A stretch of DNA of 64,000 nt from Sphingobacteriales bacterium (lineage in GTDB: Bacteria > Bacteroidota > Bacteroidia > Chitinophagales > CAIOSU01): NCBI GenBank assembly GCA_027486795.1, contig JAIXOI010000009.1:22147-86146 (forward strand), written 5' to 3'. Below, in pieces: positions 7,880 through 18,984 of the stretch. Every line of letters starts with the position of its first letter. The first letter of the stretch is position 1. A program made the position numbers and the translations under genes. The notes under the pieces were generated by a model that worked only from the letters and a program-made list of their open reading frames with translations, made no database searches and had not been told where the DNA came from.

Positions 7880-9598
7880 TTATTCTCCAATTGGCTTTGA
7901 AATATATGAAATGGCATATTCTAGTACTTCATCCCTACCATCTTTCAGGCCTTGGAGATTTGGTTTTACCTCGATATCAGGCATTACACCTTTTCCATGA
8001 AATTGGCTTCCGTCTTGGTTAAGGGTTTCCATACCTGTAAAACTGATATTGTAACCAGGTAACAAAACGGAAATCATATTTCCATTGCTACCTGCCGTTT
8101 GGCTACCGATAATGGTAGCTAGCTTGTTATACTTTACGGTCATAAGCAAGGTTTCGGCGGCACTAATGGCTATTTCGTTGATAAGGAAAACCACGCGCTT
8201 GCTTTTAATTGGATGCTCAGCTGGATTGATGCTAACATTATCGGAAAAGATTTTGGAGCAGTCGCGCGATGGTGTATTCAAATGTCTTACACCGAAAAGC
8301 GGGTACTTGACCGGGGATTTGGCGAGCCAACTGATTAAGCCCCTAAAGCCTATTTTAGGGTATCCTCGCATTTCAAATATCACGGACCTGCAAGTGGTGT
8401 CTTTCAAGCGCTCTTCTAGTTCTTTATTTGTTATGCGAGTTAAATCAATATAGCAAATACTATCTGGCAATGATATTTTAGAGCGTTGCAGTACTCCAAA
8501 TCCCTCAAAAGCTTTGGCGGTGTATGGTAAAGTAAGGGTAAAGGTAGTTTGACCATTCGGCGATACCATTTTCAACTTGATGCTATCGCCTGGGTTGCCC
8601 ACTCGCAGTTCATTTAATACCTCACGTTTTCTATATGCTGGCGTGGAACCCGTTACTATTTTATCTGCTAACTGGTACTGGTATTCTGTAAGGTAATTGT
8701 CAATTTCAATTACCTTCATGCCAATACAATTTACCTCCACCAAGGAAGTATCGAAGTTGGTAACAATTAGCTCGCCGCCTACAAAATCCCACTGAATTGG
8801 TGCTCGGTAAACAGCACCGTTAGCAATTACCGCCTCACTATATACCCTGCAATGTCCATCTGGCAAATAGGATAGGAAGTGCCTGATTTTATAATCCCTC
8901 GTTTCGGTGCCATCTGCTATGGCGAAGCCCTTTGCCAGCATTTCATCCCAAGTTATGGGCAACTGGTAAGGGTAAAAGAAATGGAAGATGTTCCATAGTT
9001 CGATAACATCAATGTAGCTGCGTTTTTCGTCGGGAGAGGTGATGGCTGTTTTGCCTTTGTGAAAGCGCTTACCAATTTTTTTAGGTTGGTAGGGTATTGA
9101 CATCCAAACCGTGTCGCTAAGTTGCACTTCCCAAAAGCGTTCGCCAAATGCAACATCGCAGGTGTCGCTATACTCCAGTTTTTTAGGTTTGAGGTAATGG
9201 GTACCATACGGGCCGAATTTTCGGTATAGCATCACCATAATCCCTCCTTTTGGGATGTATTCTTGGCCGTAGCCTCGGTAGTACCAAAATTTATTGTTTT
9301 TGGGTAGATTGGCTTTGCTGCTGGTGGCTACTGTGGGCGAGTCATATATATGTATATTGAACCCCCAATTTCTAAACTGTTTTTCAACGGCTGAGGTTTG
9401 GCCTTGGTAACCCAATTTTTGCAAGGTATCTACGCTTTCCAGCAAAAATTTATCCCAATCTACTTTTTGTAAATCGGGACTAGGATAAAAGTACCGCACT
9501 GGCCCATATGCCTTGGCAAATAAGGAAAGGCTTTCAGGAATACTACCCTTGGAGGTAAAAGAAAGAATTAGCAATAAGGATAGCAGGAAATAGCGCAT
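7880..9598 (-). CDS. S41-family peptidase (C-terminal processing / tail-specific protease-like)
   Basis: Ser/Lys dyad contexts NEIAISAAETLL and FHGKGVMPD. A signal peptide starts at the internal Met (MRYFLLSLLLILSF), so I set the start at 9598 rather than 9655. Confidence 0.75.
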   Translation of the reverse strand: MRYFLLSLLLILSFTSKGSIPESLSLFAKAYGPVRYFYPSPDLQKVDWDKFLLESVDTLQKLGYQGQTSAVEKQFRNWGFNIHIYDSPTVATSSKANLPKNNKFWYYRGYGQEYIPKGGIMVMLYRKFGPYGTHYLKPKKLEYSDTCDVAFGERFWEVQLSDTVWMSIPYQPKKIGKRFHKGKTAITSPDEKRSYIDVIELWNIFHFFYPYQLPITWDEMLAKGFAIADGTETRDYKIRHFLSYLPDGHCRVYSEAVIANGAVYRAPIQWDFVGGELIVTNFDTSLVEVNCIGMKVIEIDNYLTEYQYQLADKIVTGSTPAYRKREVLNELRVGNPGDSIKLKMVSPNGQTTFTLTLPYTAKAFEGFGVLQRSKISLPDSICYIDLTRITNKELEERLKDTTCRSVIFEMRGYPKIGFRGLISWLAKSPVKYPLFGVRHLNTPSRDCSKIFSDNVSINPAEHPIKSKRVVFLINEIAISAAETLLMTVKYNKLATIIGSQTAGSNGNMISVLLPGYNISFTGMETLNQDGSQFHGKGVMPDIEVKPNLQGLKDGRDEVLEYAISYISKPIGE

Positions 9599-9710
9599 TT
9601 TCCTTTTTTGGTTTAATAACGCATTAATGTTTGGTTTATTATGTTCCAAGCGCAAACTAGGTTTAGTTTGGCTACAAGATGCAATCTCGCAGCAGCGACG
9701 TTTTAATTTC

Positions 9711-9753
9711 TAATAACCAATCAACCAATAACCAATTAACTAATCAACCAACC
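9711..9753. repeat. degenerate period-7 repeat of AACCAAT-type units
   Basis: Read directly: TAATAACCAATCAACCAATAACCAATTAACTAATCAACCAACC. Confidence 0.8.
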
Positions 9754-9754
9754 C

Positions 9755-9790
9755 CAAAGACACAAAGGCCACTCCTTGGGGGAGCGGCCT
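9755..9790 (-). terminator. candidate terminator after rplT
   Basis: 10-bp stem with one mismatch (AGGCCGCTCC / GGAGTGGCCT on the minus strand), followed by TTGTGTCTTTGG. Confidence 0.5.
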
Positions 9791-9813
9791 ATAGGTGTAT
9801 AGTTATAAGTAGC

Positions 9814-10158
9814 TTACTTTACCTTAGCAACCACGGCTTTGAAAGCCTCTGGGTGGTTCATAGCCAAATCGGCTAAAACCTTGCGGTTAAGGTTAAGGTT
9901 TGCCACATCCAACTTGTGGATGAATTGGCTATAGCTCAAACCTTCGGTGCGAACGGCAGCGTTGATACGAGCGATCCACAAAGAGCGGAACTCGCGTTTC
10001 TTGGCTTTACGGTCACGGTATGCATATACCAAACCTTTTTCAATGGCATTCTTGGCTACTGTCCAAACGTTCTTCCGGCGACCGAAATAACCTTTCGCCA
10101 ACTTCAACATCCTCTTACGGCGAGCTCGGGAAGCAACGTGATTTACTGACCTAGGCAT
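9814..10158 (-). CDS. rplT: 50S ribosomal protein L20
   Basis: Unmistakable L20 sequence ([30 protein letters not shown]...). Confidence 0.97.
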   Translation of the reverse strand: MPRSVNHVASRARRKRMLKLAKGYFGRRKNVWTVAKNAIEKGLVYAYRDRKAKKREFRSLWIARINAAVRTEGLSYSQFIHKLDVANLNLNRKVLADLAMNHPEAFKAVVAKVK

Positions 10159-10218
10159 TTTTTATTGTTTTACTCTTTTCTTAAATCTACAATTCTCTAT
10201 TTAGCTGTTGTGCTAGGC

Positions 10219-10416
10219 TTAAGCCATAGCCAACATGCGCTTCACACGTTGCTCATCAGTTGGATCCACAATGGCAAATTGACCCAAAGCTTTCTTGCGC
10301 TTGTGGCTCTTTTTGGTAAGAATGTGGTTTGTGAATGCGTGTGCACGCTTTACTTTACCAGAGCCCGTTAACTTGAAACGTTTTTTGGCACTCGAGTTGG
10401 TTTTCATTTTAGGCAT
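10219..10416 (-). CDS. rpmI: 50S ribosomal protein L35
   Basis: [24 protein letters not shown]..., in the canonical infC-rpmI-rplT gene order. Confidence 0.97.
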   Translation of the reverse strand: MPKMKTNSSAKKRFKLTGSGKVKRAHAFTNHILTKKSHKRKKALGQFAIVDPTDEQRVKRMLAMA

Positions 10417-10464
10417 CGACGTAAAAATTTTGGCAAAGATATGGATAATAATTCTTTCTGTCTA

Positions 10465-11019
10465 TTATTTTTTTGGCTTCGGCGCCAAAAACGCTATCAT
10501 TCTCCGTCCTTCCAGCTTCGGCATTTGCTCTAGCACACCCAATTCTGCCAATCTCTCGGCAAATTTCAACAACATCAACTCTCCGCGCTCTTGAAACAAA
10601 ATACCCCTTCCTTTAAACTGCACGTAGGCTTTAACCTTGGCACCTTCTTTCAAGAAATTTTCAGCATGCTTGGTTTTGAACTCGAAATCGTGGTCATCGG
10701 TATTCGGCGTAAAACGCACTTCCTTAATCACGGTTTTAGTTGCCTTAGCCTTTATTTCCTTTTCTTTCTTCTTCTTCTCGTACAGAAACTTGTTATAGTC
10801 TACTATACGGCAAACTGGTGGATCGGCTTTTGGCGATATTTCCACTAAGTCCAGTCCTAACTCTTCAGCTAGGTTAAGGGCTTTGCGGGTATCAAAAATA
10901 CCGGGTTCCACATTTTCGCCAACCAAACGCACATTCAAAGCACGGATATCGCGGTTCAAGCGGTGTGCTGATTCTTGCTGCTGTGGGCGGCGATCAAAAG
11001 GTTTTCTTGGCTTTAACAA
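10465..11019 (-). CDS. infC: translation initiation factor IF-3
   Basis: IF-3 N- and C-domain sequence and gene order. The start codon is non-ATG (TTG at 11019 is the ORF-track start), so the exact start is uncertain. Confidence 0.9.
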   Translation of the reverse strand: MLKPRKPFDRRPQQQESAHRLNRDIRALNVRLVGENVEPGIFDTRKALNLAEELGLDLVEISPKADPPVCRIVDYNKFLYEKKKKEKEIKAKATKTVIKEVRFTPNTDDHDFEFKTKHAENFLKEGAKVKAYVQFKGRGILFQERGELMLLKFAERLAELGVLEQMPKLEGRRMIAFLAPKPKK

Positions 11020-11039
11020 ATTAGTATTGTTGTTTTTGT

Positions 11040-12980
11040 TTAACGGTTCAATTGTTTGTTCACTTCATCCTGCACTAGCTTGGCAAATGCTTCGGCACTC
11101 ATCGCACCTAAATCACCTTCTCCATGCTTCCTTACCGATACGGTTGCGTTTTCTGCCTCTTGCTCCCCAATGATTAACATATAAGGAACTTTACCAACTT
11201 CAGCGTCACGTATCTTCCTGCCGATTTTCTCGTTACGAACATCAACGGAGGTGCGAATATCGCTATTTTTTAGATAATCTGAAACTTTTTCTGCGTACTC
11301 GTTATACTTATCACTAATTGGCAATACAATACCTTGCTCTGGGGTAAGCCAAAGTGGGAAATTACCAGCACAGTGCTCAATTAGCACGGCTACAAAACGC
11401 TCCAAAGAACCGAACGGCGCACGGTGAATCATCACCGGACGATGTTTCATGTTATCACTACCAACATATTCTAGCTCAAATCGTTCCGGAAGGTTGTAAT
11501 CTACTTGTATAGTACCTAGCTGCCAACGGCGGCCAATGGCATCGCGAACCATAAAATCGAGCTTAGGGCCATAGAAAGCGGCTTCGCCATATTCTACCAC
11601 GGTTTCTAGTCCTTTCTCGGCACAAGCTTCAATAATGGCGTTCTCGGCTTTCTCCCAGTTTTCGTCGCTACCAATGTATTTGCTGCGGTCTTCTTTATCG
11701 CGAAGCGACACTTGGGCGGTGTAGTTATCAAAACCTAGGGCTTTGAAAACATAAAGCACAATGTCGATTACTTTAATAAATTCTTCCTTCACCTGGTCGG
11801 GACGGCAGAAAATATGCGCATCATCCTGAGTAAAGCCACGCACACGGGTAAGGCCGTGTAATTCACCGCTCTGTTCGTAGCGATAAACAGTACCAAACTC
11901 AGCTAAACGCAACGGTAGGTCGCGGTAAGAGCGAGGCTTGGTTTTGTATATTTCGCAGTGGTGCGGGCAGTTCATCGGTTTCAAGAAATACTCTTCGCCC
12001 TCTTGTGGGGTTTTGATGGGCTGGAAAGAATCTTTGCCGTATTTCTCGTAGTGACCGCTGGTTACGTAAAGTTCTTTGTGGCCAATGTGCGGGGTAATAA
12101 CTTGGCTATAGCCACCTTTTTTTTGCACTACCTTAAGGAAATCGACTAAGCGCTCGCGCAACTCGGTGCCCTTAGGCAACCACAAAGGCAAGCCCAAGCC
12201 CACCTTTTGGCTGATGGCGAATAGCTCAAGCTCTTTGCCCAATTTACGGTGGTCGCGCTTTTTAGCTTCCTCTAATAATATCAAATAGTCGCTAAGCTCT
12301 TGTGCCTTCGGAAAAGTGATGGCATAGATGCGTGTAAGCTGTTTATTTTTCTCATTGCCACGCCAGTATGCCCCTGCTACGCTAAGTAGCTTTACGGCCT
12401 TAATAAAGCCCGTATCGGGTATATGTGGGCCGCGGCATAGGTCGGTAAAGTTTCCTTGGGTGTAAAAAGTAATTTTTCCATCTTCCAAGTCGCGTATCAA
12501 CTCTAGTTTGTACTGGTCGTCCTTTTCGGTAAAGTATTCAACGGCATCGGCCTTGCTTACCTCTTTGCGCACAAAAGCACTTTTTTGGCGGGCAAGCTCT
12601 GTCATTTTGTTCTCTATTTCCTTAAACTCGGTTTCTGATAGCGGGGCGCGGTCGCCTAAATCGATATCGTAATAGAAACCGTTTTCGATTGGCGGACCAA
12701 TACCAAATTTAGTACCTGGGTATAATGCTTCCAGCGCTTCGGCCATTAAGTGTGCCGACGAGTGCCATAGCGTGTTTTTACCTTCTTTGTCGTTCCAGGT
12801 CAATAGGCGCAACTTGGTGGCTTCTGGCAATGCACGGGTGGCATCCCAAACTTCTCCATTTACTTCTGCAGCCAAAACGTTGCGGGCTAGACCTTCGCTT
12901 ATACTTTTAGCTACATCGAGTGCAGTAGCCCCGTTATCGTAATCCCTAACGCTGCCGTCAGGTAAGGTTACTTTTATCAT
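11040..12980 (-). CDS. thrS: threonine--tRNA ligase
   Basis: 646 aa with a TGS N-terminus, editing domain and class II core, full length. Canonical position upstream of infC. Confidence 0.97.
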   Translation of the reverse strand: MIKVTLPDGSVRDYDNGATALDVAKSISEGLARNVLAAEVNGEVWDATRALPEATKLRLLTWNDKEGKNTLWHSSAHLMAEALEALYPGTKFGIGPPIENGFYYDIDLGDRAPLSETEFKEIENKMTELARQKSAFVRKEVSKADAVEYFTEKDDQYKLELIRDLEDGKITFYTQGNFTDLCRGPHIPDTGFIKAVKLLSVAGAYWRGNEKNKQLTRIYAITFPKAQELSDYLILLEEAKKRDHRKLGKELELFAISQKVGLGLPLWLPKGTELRERLVDFLKVVQKKGGYSQVITPHIGHKELYVTSGHYEKYGKDSFQPIKTPQEGEEYFLKPMNCPHHCEIYKTKPRSYRDLPLRLAEFGTVYRYEQSGELHGLTRVRGFTQDDAHIFCRPDQVKEEFIKVIDIVLYVFKALGFDNYTAQVSLRDKEDRSKYIGSDENWEKAENAIIEACAEKGLETVVEYGEAAFYGPKLDFMVRDAIGRRWQLGTIQVDYNLPERFELEYVGSDNMKHRPVMIHRAPFGSLERFVAVLIEHCAGNFPLWLTPEQGIVLPISDKYNEYAEKVSDYLKNSDIRTSVDVRNEKIGRKIRDAEVGKVPYMLIIGEQEAENATVSVRKHGEGDLGAMSAEAFAKLVQDEVNKQLNR

Positions 12981-14014
12981 TTCTTCAGTTTCTTTAGTCG
13001 GTCAAAACCATTCAGGGCATTGGTGTGCAGGGCATCAATGCGCAAAGTTTGGTCGTAATAATACTCCGCATTTTTGATATCGCCAATACTTTCTGCTATC
13101 AAACCGCGCATGTAGTAGGCATCGGTGTAATCGGGCTTTATGCTGATGGCTATTTTAAAGCTTCCGTCAGCTTTGTCTAAGCTGTCCATTTGAAAGTAAA
13201 CCCAACCCATGCCATAATGCGCGTTTTCGTATTGCGGCGATTCTTTAATCATTAGCCTATATTCTTCTAGCGCCTCGTTATATTTTTTTTGTTCTTGCAA
13301 GGCAAGGGCTAGAGCATAGCGCAAATCATTGTCTCGTGGCGACAATTTAACAGCATTGCGGAAATATTGTATCGCTAATGGGTTCTTTTTCTGTTTGTAA
13401 ATATATCCTAGTTCTTCATAGGCTTCCAAAAACTCTGGGTCTTGCTCCACGGTGGTTTGCAGGTTGCTTATGGCCTTGGCGGTATCTTTTATCTCTAGAA
13501 AAATTAAAGCTTTTTGGAAGTAGGCACCAGCATAACCAGGGTCTAATTTTAAGGCAGCATCAGCGCTTTTTATACTTTTGTCGCGCTCGCTGTTGTAAAA
13601 ATAATAACGGCTAAGCACCAACAATATTTCTTTGTTTTGGGGCAATACCTCGGCACCGGTCTCCAGCGATTTAATGGCTCGGATAATGTCGCGTTTTGCA
13701 AAGTACAAATCGGCTTGTAGTAGGTATATCTTAGCAACGGTTTTATCCAGCAACAAAGCCGTATCCAAGTCGGCCAAAGCGGCATCGTTATTCACCAATT
13801 TATAGTGTATCAATGCCCTATCGATGTATGCTTGGGCACTATCGGGGTTTTGCTGTATACGCAGGGTTGCTGCTGCCAGTGCCGGGTTTTCCACTATTTC
13901 GGGTACCGTTTCGGCAGGGGCAGGAGGCACAGGTTTATCGCCTTCGCAACTCGCAAGCAGCAAGCAGCAGAGCAAGGCAACAATTGCGCTATATTTTATT
14001 AAAGATGATAACAT
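12977..14014 (-). CDS. TPR-repeat lipoprotein
   Basis: Multiple TPR-like repeats. A lipobox-like LLLASC follows the internal Met, so I set the start at 14014. The stop overlaps the thrS start (ATGA). Confidence 0.7.
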   Translation of the reverse strand: MLSSLIKYSAIVALLCCLLLASCEGDKPVPPAPAETVPEIVENPALAAATLRIQQNPDSAQAYIDRALIHYKLVNNDAALADLDTALLLDKTVAKIYLLQADLYFAKRDIIRAIKSLETGAEVLPQNKEILLVLSRYYFYNSERDKSIKSADAALKLDPGYAGAYFQKALIFLEIKDTAKAISNLQTTVEQDPEFLEAYEELGYIYKQKKNPLAIQYFRNAVKLSPRDNDLRYALALALQEQKKYNEALEEYRLMIKESPQYENAHYGMGWVYFQMDSLDKADGSFKIAISIKPDYTDAYYMRGLIAESIGDIKNAEYYYDQTLRIDALHTNALNGFDRLKKLKK

Positions 14015-14034
14015 GGACTGCAAAGTTAGGGTAT

Positions 14035-14066
14035 TTAGACACAAGACCTAAACCGCTAGACACAAG
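14035..14066. repeat. two copies of TAGACACAAGA, 21 nt apart (reverse complement of the GTCTTGT repeat unit)
   Basis: Read directly. It matches the reverse complement of the array at 21324-21390. Confidence 0.7.
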
Positions 14067-14114
14067 AATTTTAATACTTGTTGCATAGGCTATTACCTCT
14101 AAGAGAAATAGCAC

Positions 14115-14148
14115 ACAAAAAAGCCATAACTACTGGGTAGCTATGGCT
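14115..14148 (-). terminator. intrinsic terminator after the decarboxylase gene
   Basis: The minus strand has stem AGCCATA...TATGGCT followed by TTTTTTGTGTG. Confidence 0.7.
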
Positions 14149-14198
14149 TTTAAAGGTTGTTTTTGAATATGCCTAGCAGTATTAATCAAATGCGCTAA

Positions 14199-15590
14199 TC
14201 AATACCCCAATATTTTCAGCATCGCCTCAGGGTTTTGCTCTTGCGAGAAAACTTCTTTGGTTAGGTTACCGTCTTCGTCTCTATTAATGAGCAATACTTT
14301 TGGTGCGGGTATCAAGCAGTGCTTGGTGCCACCATACCCGCTAATACTTTCTTGGTATGCGCCCGTGTGGAAGAAACCAATGTATAAGGGTTCTTTTTCG
14401 TCGAGCTCTGGCAAAAATACTTGGTGTTGGTGGGTTTCGCTGTTATAGTAATCGCCAATGTCGCAGCTAAGGCCGCCAATATTCACCTTTTGGTAGTCCT
14501 GCTCCCATTTGTTAAGCGGTAGTAGTATAAAGCGTTGGCTCATACCCCAAATGTCGGGTAGGGTAGTCATAAGGCTACCGTCAATCATATACCAATCTTC
14601 AATGTCGTTCTGACGTTTTTCGTTGAGCACGCTAAAAATGGTTGCGCCACTTTCGCCAACGGTAAACGAGCCAAACTCAGTAAATATGTGAGGTACTTGC
14701 ACCTCGCTGCTATCGCATTGTGTTTTAATGGCCTTTACTACCTCGCGCAGCATATACTCATAGTCGTAGTCAGAGTGCAGCCCGTGGCGAATAGGCAAAC
14801 CGCCGCCAATATTGATGTATTCAAGGCTAGGGCAAATTTTCTTTAAGGCGATATATACTTTAATGGCCTTATTCAACTCGCTCCAGTAGTAAGTGGTATC
14901 TTTTATACCGGTATTGATAAAGAAGTGGAGCATCTTAAGCTCGAACTTCGGGTTATTCTCTATGTTCTGTTTATAGAACTCAATTATATCGCTGTACCGT
15001 ATACCAAGGCGCGAGGTATAGAACTCATATTTAGGCTCTTCATCGGCAGCTATTCGGATACCAATTTTCATTTGGCCATCCAAGTGCTGCTGGTAGTAGT
15101 TTATCTCCGGTTTGTTGTCCAAAACAGGAATGATATTGTTAAAGCCGTTTTGGCGCAGACGCAATATATTGGCCTTGTATTGATCGGTTTTGAAGCCGTT
15201 GCAAATGATAAACTGGCTAGTATTTACTTTGCCTTTGGCTACTAGGTTTTCTACCAGGTTTATATCAAATGCCGATGAGGTTTCTAAGTGAATGTCGTTT
15301 TTCAAAGCCTCCTCAACTACAAACGAAAAGTGCGATGCCTTGGTGCAATAGGAGTAGAAATACTGCCCATCGTAATTGTTTTCCTTTATGGCTTCGTTGA
15401 ATATGCGCTTGGCCTTTTGTATTTGCGAACTTATCTTGGGTAGGTAGCTAATCCTAAGCGGGGTGCCGTATTCCTTCACTAAATCCATTAATGGAACGCC
15501 GTTGAAATCTAGCTGTCCCTCTTTTACATCAAATCCTTCTTGCGGAAAGTAAAAGGTTTGTTCAATAAGGTCAATGTAGCGGTTCTTCAT
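14199..15590 (-). CDS. type III PLP-dependent decarboxylase (Orn/DAP/Arg decarboxylase family), probably arginine decarboxylase
   Basis: Candidate PLP-Lys context YCTKA, Gly-rich GGGLPI, EFGSF, and GGLSCDIGD near the C-terminus. The size matches the short Bacteroidota arginine decarboxylases I recall. Confidence 0.65.
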   Translation of the reverse strand: MKNRYIDLIEQTFYFPQEGFDVKEGQLDFNGVPLMDLVKEYGTPLRISYLPKISSQIQKAKRIFNEAIKENNYDGQYFYSYCTKASHFSFVVEEALKNDIHLETSSAFDINLVENLVAKGKVNTSQFIICNGFKTDQYKANILRLRQNGFNNIIPVLDNKPEINYYQQHLDGQMKIGIRIAADEEPKYEFYTSRLGIRYSDIIEFYKQNIENNPKFELKMLHFFINTGIKDTTYYWSELNKAIKVYIALKKICPSLEYINIGGGLPIRHGLHSDYDYEYMLREVVKAIKTQCDSSEVQVPHIFTEFGSFTVGESGATIFSVLNEKRQNDIEDWYMIDGSLMTTLPDIWGMSQRFILLPLNKWEQDYQKVNIGGLSCDIGDYYNSETHQHQVFLPELDEKEPLYIGFFHTGAYQESISGYGGTKHCLIPAPKVLLINRDEDGNLTKEVFSQEQNPEAMLKILGY

Positions 15591-15764
15591 CAGGCCTTGG
15601 GCAATGGGTTTTAAGTGAAAAATTTAGGTGTAAAGGTAACAACTTTGAATATCTCGCAGCCAAATAGAGCGGTTAATGTACATTACTTAACACACTTTAA
15701 AGGTAATGACCCAAAAAACCATGCAACCTTGGTTTTCGCAGCGAAATATTGATAAGTCCTTTAC

Positions 15765-17813
15765 TTAAGGTTTCTTAGGGTCGATGCGTATATCCTCTGG
15801 GGTAATCGACTCCAAATTGAACGTTTCGGAGAGGATTTTAAATGTGGTACGTCGGTTAAGTTGATACTCTTCTTCAGTACATTCTACACCGTCAACGCAC
15901 TTGTTAATAGGTTTACTTTCACCATATCCCACCGCTTTTAAGCGTTGTGCCGGGATGCCCTTACTTACAAGGTACTTTACTACTGAGGCGGCGCGCCCTT
16001 GCGAAAGAATAATATTGTATTCGGTGCTACCTCTTGAGTCGGTATGGGCGCCAATTTCTACAACTATAGTTGGGTTTTCGGCAAATAGCGAATATAGGGT
16101 ATCCAACACCGGAAACGACTCGGGCCTAAGAGTGGTTTTGTCGTAATCGTAGTAAATGTTTGGTATCACTATTTCCCTGTCTTGGTATATACGTTCTACA
16201 ATCAACCTCACCTTAACTGGTATGGTTATGTTCTTCAGGTCGCGTAGGCCTTTGGTACTAAAGTTGGCGGATTGTTTCAAGAAACCCTCTTTTTCGCCGC
16301 TAACGTAGTAGTCGCTTTCTTTAACCAAGTCGCAACCAAAGCGTCCAAACTTATCAGAATTTATGTTTGCCACTACAGGAAAACCAGGGCCATATTTTTT
16401 AACGGTTATGTTGGCTTCGTTTACGGGCTGAAAATCGATAACCTTGCTGTTAGGGTCGCTCGGGTCAGCAAATATTTTCTCTAGTATCACCCCCTCAAGC
16501 ACAAACAGGTTCTCGTTGCTAAGTTGGAACATGTATATATCATCTTTGCCGGCACCACCGGGGCGGTTGCTACTAAAAAAACCGCTCATACGCACCGGGT
16601 CGTTGGCGTCTTTTGGTTTAGCTTTAGTAAGCCATAGGCCATAATCGTCGGCACCCGAGTTAATAGGAATTTTCAGGTTCTCGGGTTTGCTCCAAACTCC
16701 GCCACTCGCAGGTGCCGAGAATATATCCAACCCACCAAGGCCATCGTGGCCATCGCTGCTAAAATATAGCGTTCCTGTTTCGTCAATATATGGAAATACC
16801 TCGTTGCCCGGAGTATTGATATCTACACCTAGGTTTTTAGGGCTGGTCCAAGTACCAGCTTGCAAAAAGGTTATATAGAGGTCTTTACCGCCATAACCAC
16901 CTGGTGCCTCTGCAGCAAAAAGCAAGTATTTACCATCTTTGCTCAAAAACGGGTGCCCTACATTAAAGGTATCGGCATCAAATAGTTTAATCTTTTCCGG
17001 CGAACTCCATCCGCCCAATGATTGCAGGCGGCTAACGAAAATGGCACAATAGTCGTCTTTGTCTTTACCCTGAGAGCCACAGCGTGTAAAATAAACTTCG
17101 TTGCCATCGCGGCTAAAGGTTATAGTGCCTTCGTTAACCCCACTATTTAGCTCTGGCGAATAATTTACCACGCCGCTAAAGCTACCATTGGTTTGCTTTT
17201 TGGAAAGGTACAAATCACTGTATTTTTCGCCAGTCCAGCCATACGTGTCATTACCAGTTGCATCAATCCGGTCAGAGGTGAACACCAAATCGCCACTGGG
17301 CAATACAACTGGTGCATACTCGCTACCGTTACTATTGATGGCGGTGAGGTTTTGTAAATCGAGGCTGACCCGTTCTTTAATCCATTTCAATGCGAGGTTG
17401 CACGATTTTATCTGTTCAAATGCTTTTTCTTTGCTAAAAGGCTCCAAGCGGGCAAAATTGGTAAATTGCTCAATGGCTAATTTGTACTTTTCGTTGGCTT
17501 TAAGGGTAATGGCATAATTGTAGGTAGCAATGGCATCATAGCCTTGCTTAATGGCTTCGGCATACCAGCCTTCGGCATCCTTAGTGTTGCCGCTTAATCG
17601 GTAGCTTTCGGCTACGTAGAAGGCTTTTTCGCCCCTAAGTAGTGGCACTTGCTGCTCTTTGTATTCGTTTTTAAGCTGTGGTATGGCTAGGGTATAGTTT
17701 TTTTCATCGAACAAGGTCATGCCGTTTTTGACCTTGCCGCTGCCACCGCACGAGGCTAGTAAAACCATTATTGAAACGGCTAGTAAGTATAGATACATTG
17801 AACGTGCTATCAT
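15765..17813 (-). CDS. OmpA-family protein with N-terminal TPR and PD40/TolB-like beta-propeller repeats
   Basis: C-terminal OmpA-like motif (HTDSRGSTEYNIILSQGRA), repeated ...DG..L.F.S.R... blades and a lipoprotein-like signal (LLASCGG). Confidence 0.85.
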   Translation of the reverse strand: MIARSMYLYLLAVSIMVLLASCGGSGKVKNGMTLFDEKNYTLAIPQLKNEYKEQQVPLLRGEKAFYVAESYRLSGNTKDAEGWYAEAIKQGYDAIATYNYAITLKANEKYKLAIEQFTNFARLEPFSKEKAFEQIKSCNLALKWIKERVSLDLQNLTAINSNGSEYAPVVLPSGDLVFTSDRIDATGNDTYGWTGEKYSDLYLSKKQTNGSFSGVVNYSPELNSGVNEGTITFSRDGNEVYFTRCGSQGKDKDDYCAIFVSRLQSLGGWSSPEKIKLFDADTFNVGHPFLSKDGKYLLFAAEAPGGYGGKDLYITFLQAGTWTSPKNLGVDINTPGNEVFPYIDETGTLYFSSDGHDGLGGLDIFSAPASGGVWSKPENLKIPINSGADDYGLWLTKAKPKDANDPVRMSGFFSSNRPGGAGKDDIYMFQLSNENLFVLEGVILEKIFADPSDPNSKVIDFQPVNEANITVKKYGPGFPVVANINSDKFGRFGCDLVKESDYYVSGEKEGFLKQSANFSTKGLRDLKNITIPVKVRLIVERIYQDREIVIPNIYYDYDKTTLRPESFPVLDTLYSLFAENPTIVVEIGAHTDSRGSTEYNIILSQGRAASVVKYLVSKGIPAQRLKAVGYGESKPINKCVDGVECTEEEYQLNRRTTFKILSETFNLESITPEDIRIDPKKP

Positions 17814-17990
17814 TTATCCTATCGTGGCTATGGGCTCAACTGCCTTTATGGAACAACGCCATATTGCTGCGTCAAGTTGTTTCAAATTTAACAATATTAT
17901 TGCAGTTGGTAACCAATTCGGGTCCATTTGGTATAACCATAATATTTGCTAATTATTTTCAAATAGAATAGATTAGCAGAAAGAACAAGT

Positions 17991-18389
17991 ATGCGAGCAG
18001 TATTTATCACCCTTAGCCTGATATTGGCAACTGTGACAATGTGCGATGCCCAAACTTATGTTTATGCTAGTGAGCGTGAATATTGTGCCTATAATCCTGC
18101 AACTGAGGAGTTTGATAAGTGCGAGAGCTGGGAAGATCATAGCTTGTTTGTGATAAATGATCGTGAAACCAGTTTTCAACATTTTACCGATGACGTAAAC
18201 TCTTTGTACCAGATTGATAGCAAAGAGTATAACGAGGACATGAAAATGAACTTATGGTATGTAACCAGCGATGCTGGTAACAAATATACCTATGTAGTGA
18301 ATTTGGAAAATAAGGCCATTGCTGCCTTGTACGATAACGGCGACGAGAGTTTCATCGTTACCTTTACGATAAGCAAATATTGGAAGTAA
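17991..18389 (+). CDS. hypothetical secreted protein
   Basis: Signal peptide MRAVFITLSLILATVTMCDAQ. No family recognised. Confidence 0.55.
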   Translation: MRAVFITLSLILATVTMCDAQTYVYASEREYCAYNPATEEFDKCESWEDHSLFVINDRETSFQHFTDDVNSLYQIDSKEYNEDMKMNLWYVTSDAGNKYTYVVNLENKAIAALYDNGDESFIVTFTISKYWK

Positions 18390-18406
18390 ACATCCAAACT
18401 GGTTGT

Positions 18407-18856
18407 TTACATAATCTCTTGTACCGTTTGCTTTTGATCTCTAAAATCGAAAGTCTCGCCTTTCTTTTTTCCATCCATGGCTTGGTATAAAGGCGATTCT
18501 GTTGAAATGGTGAAGAATGTTTTGCCTTCAACTATTACCTTACCTACACTTACCCCTATCAACACGTTTGTTTTGTCGGTCATTACCAAAGCACCGTGTT
18601 TTACAGTGCTATTCACTTGGTTTGGATCAATAAGTTTTAGCATGGCATATGCTGCGTTGGCTTGGTCTAGCTGGCGAGAGTACATGGCTAAATCGGCGTG
18701 CAATTGCTCGCGCATCGACTCTGAGTCGTCGGTGCTGCTACCCGAAGTGTCTTCGTTGGCGCTTTCTTGAACCTGTTGCACGGTTTCTTTAAGTCTCTTT
18801 ATGCTCTCTTGCTGTTGCAGTAAGCTTGCTTGTAATACTTGTTCTTTCAGCTTCAT
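18407..18856 (-). CDS. GreA/GreB-like coiled-coil protein (tentative)
   Basis: N-terminal coiled coil plus a C-terminal beta-rich domain reminiscent of the GreA C-terminal domain. Resemblance only. Confidence 0.4.
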   Translation of the reverse strand: MKLKEQVLQASLLQQQESIKRLKETVQQVQESANEDTSGSSTDDSESMREQLHADLAMYSRQLDQANAAYAMLKLIDPNQVNSTVKHGALVMTDKTNVLIGVSVGKVIVEGKTFFTISTESPLYQAMDGKKKGETFDFRDQKQTVQEIM

Positions 18857-18928
18857 AGTGGGTATAATCGGGACTGCAAAATTATCGAAAATCGCCGTTA
18901 TTTAATCAGGCACCCCACATAATTGCAA

Positions 18929-18957
18929 TAAAAAACCCTCTTACCTTGGCAAGAGGG
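18929..18957 (-). terminator. intrinsic terminator
   Basis: The minus strand reads CCCTCTT-GCCAAGGT-AAGAGGG followed by TTTTTTATT. Confidence 0.75.
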
Positions 18958-18984
18958 TTGAAAGTTAACGTTATAAAGTATAAC

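Noticed and set aside
9679-9876. 65-aa plus-strand ORF.
   Set aside because: It reads through the AACCAAT repeat (NNQSTNNQLTNQ...), the rplT terminator and the 3' end of rplT in antisense.
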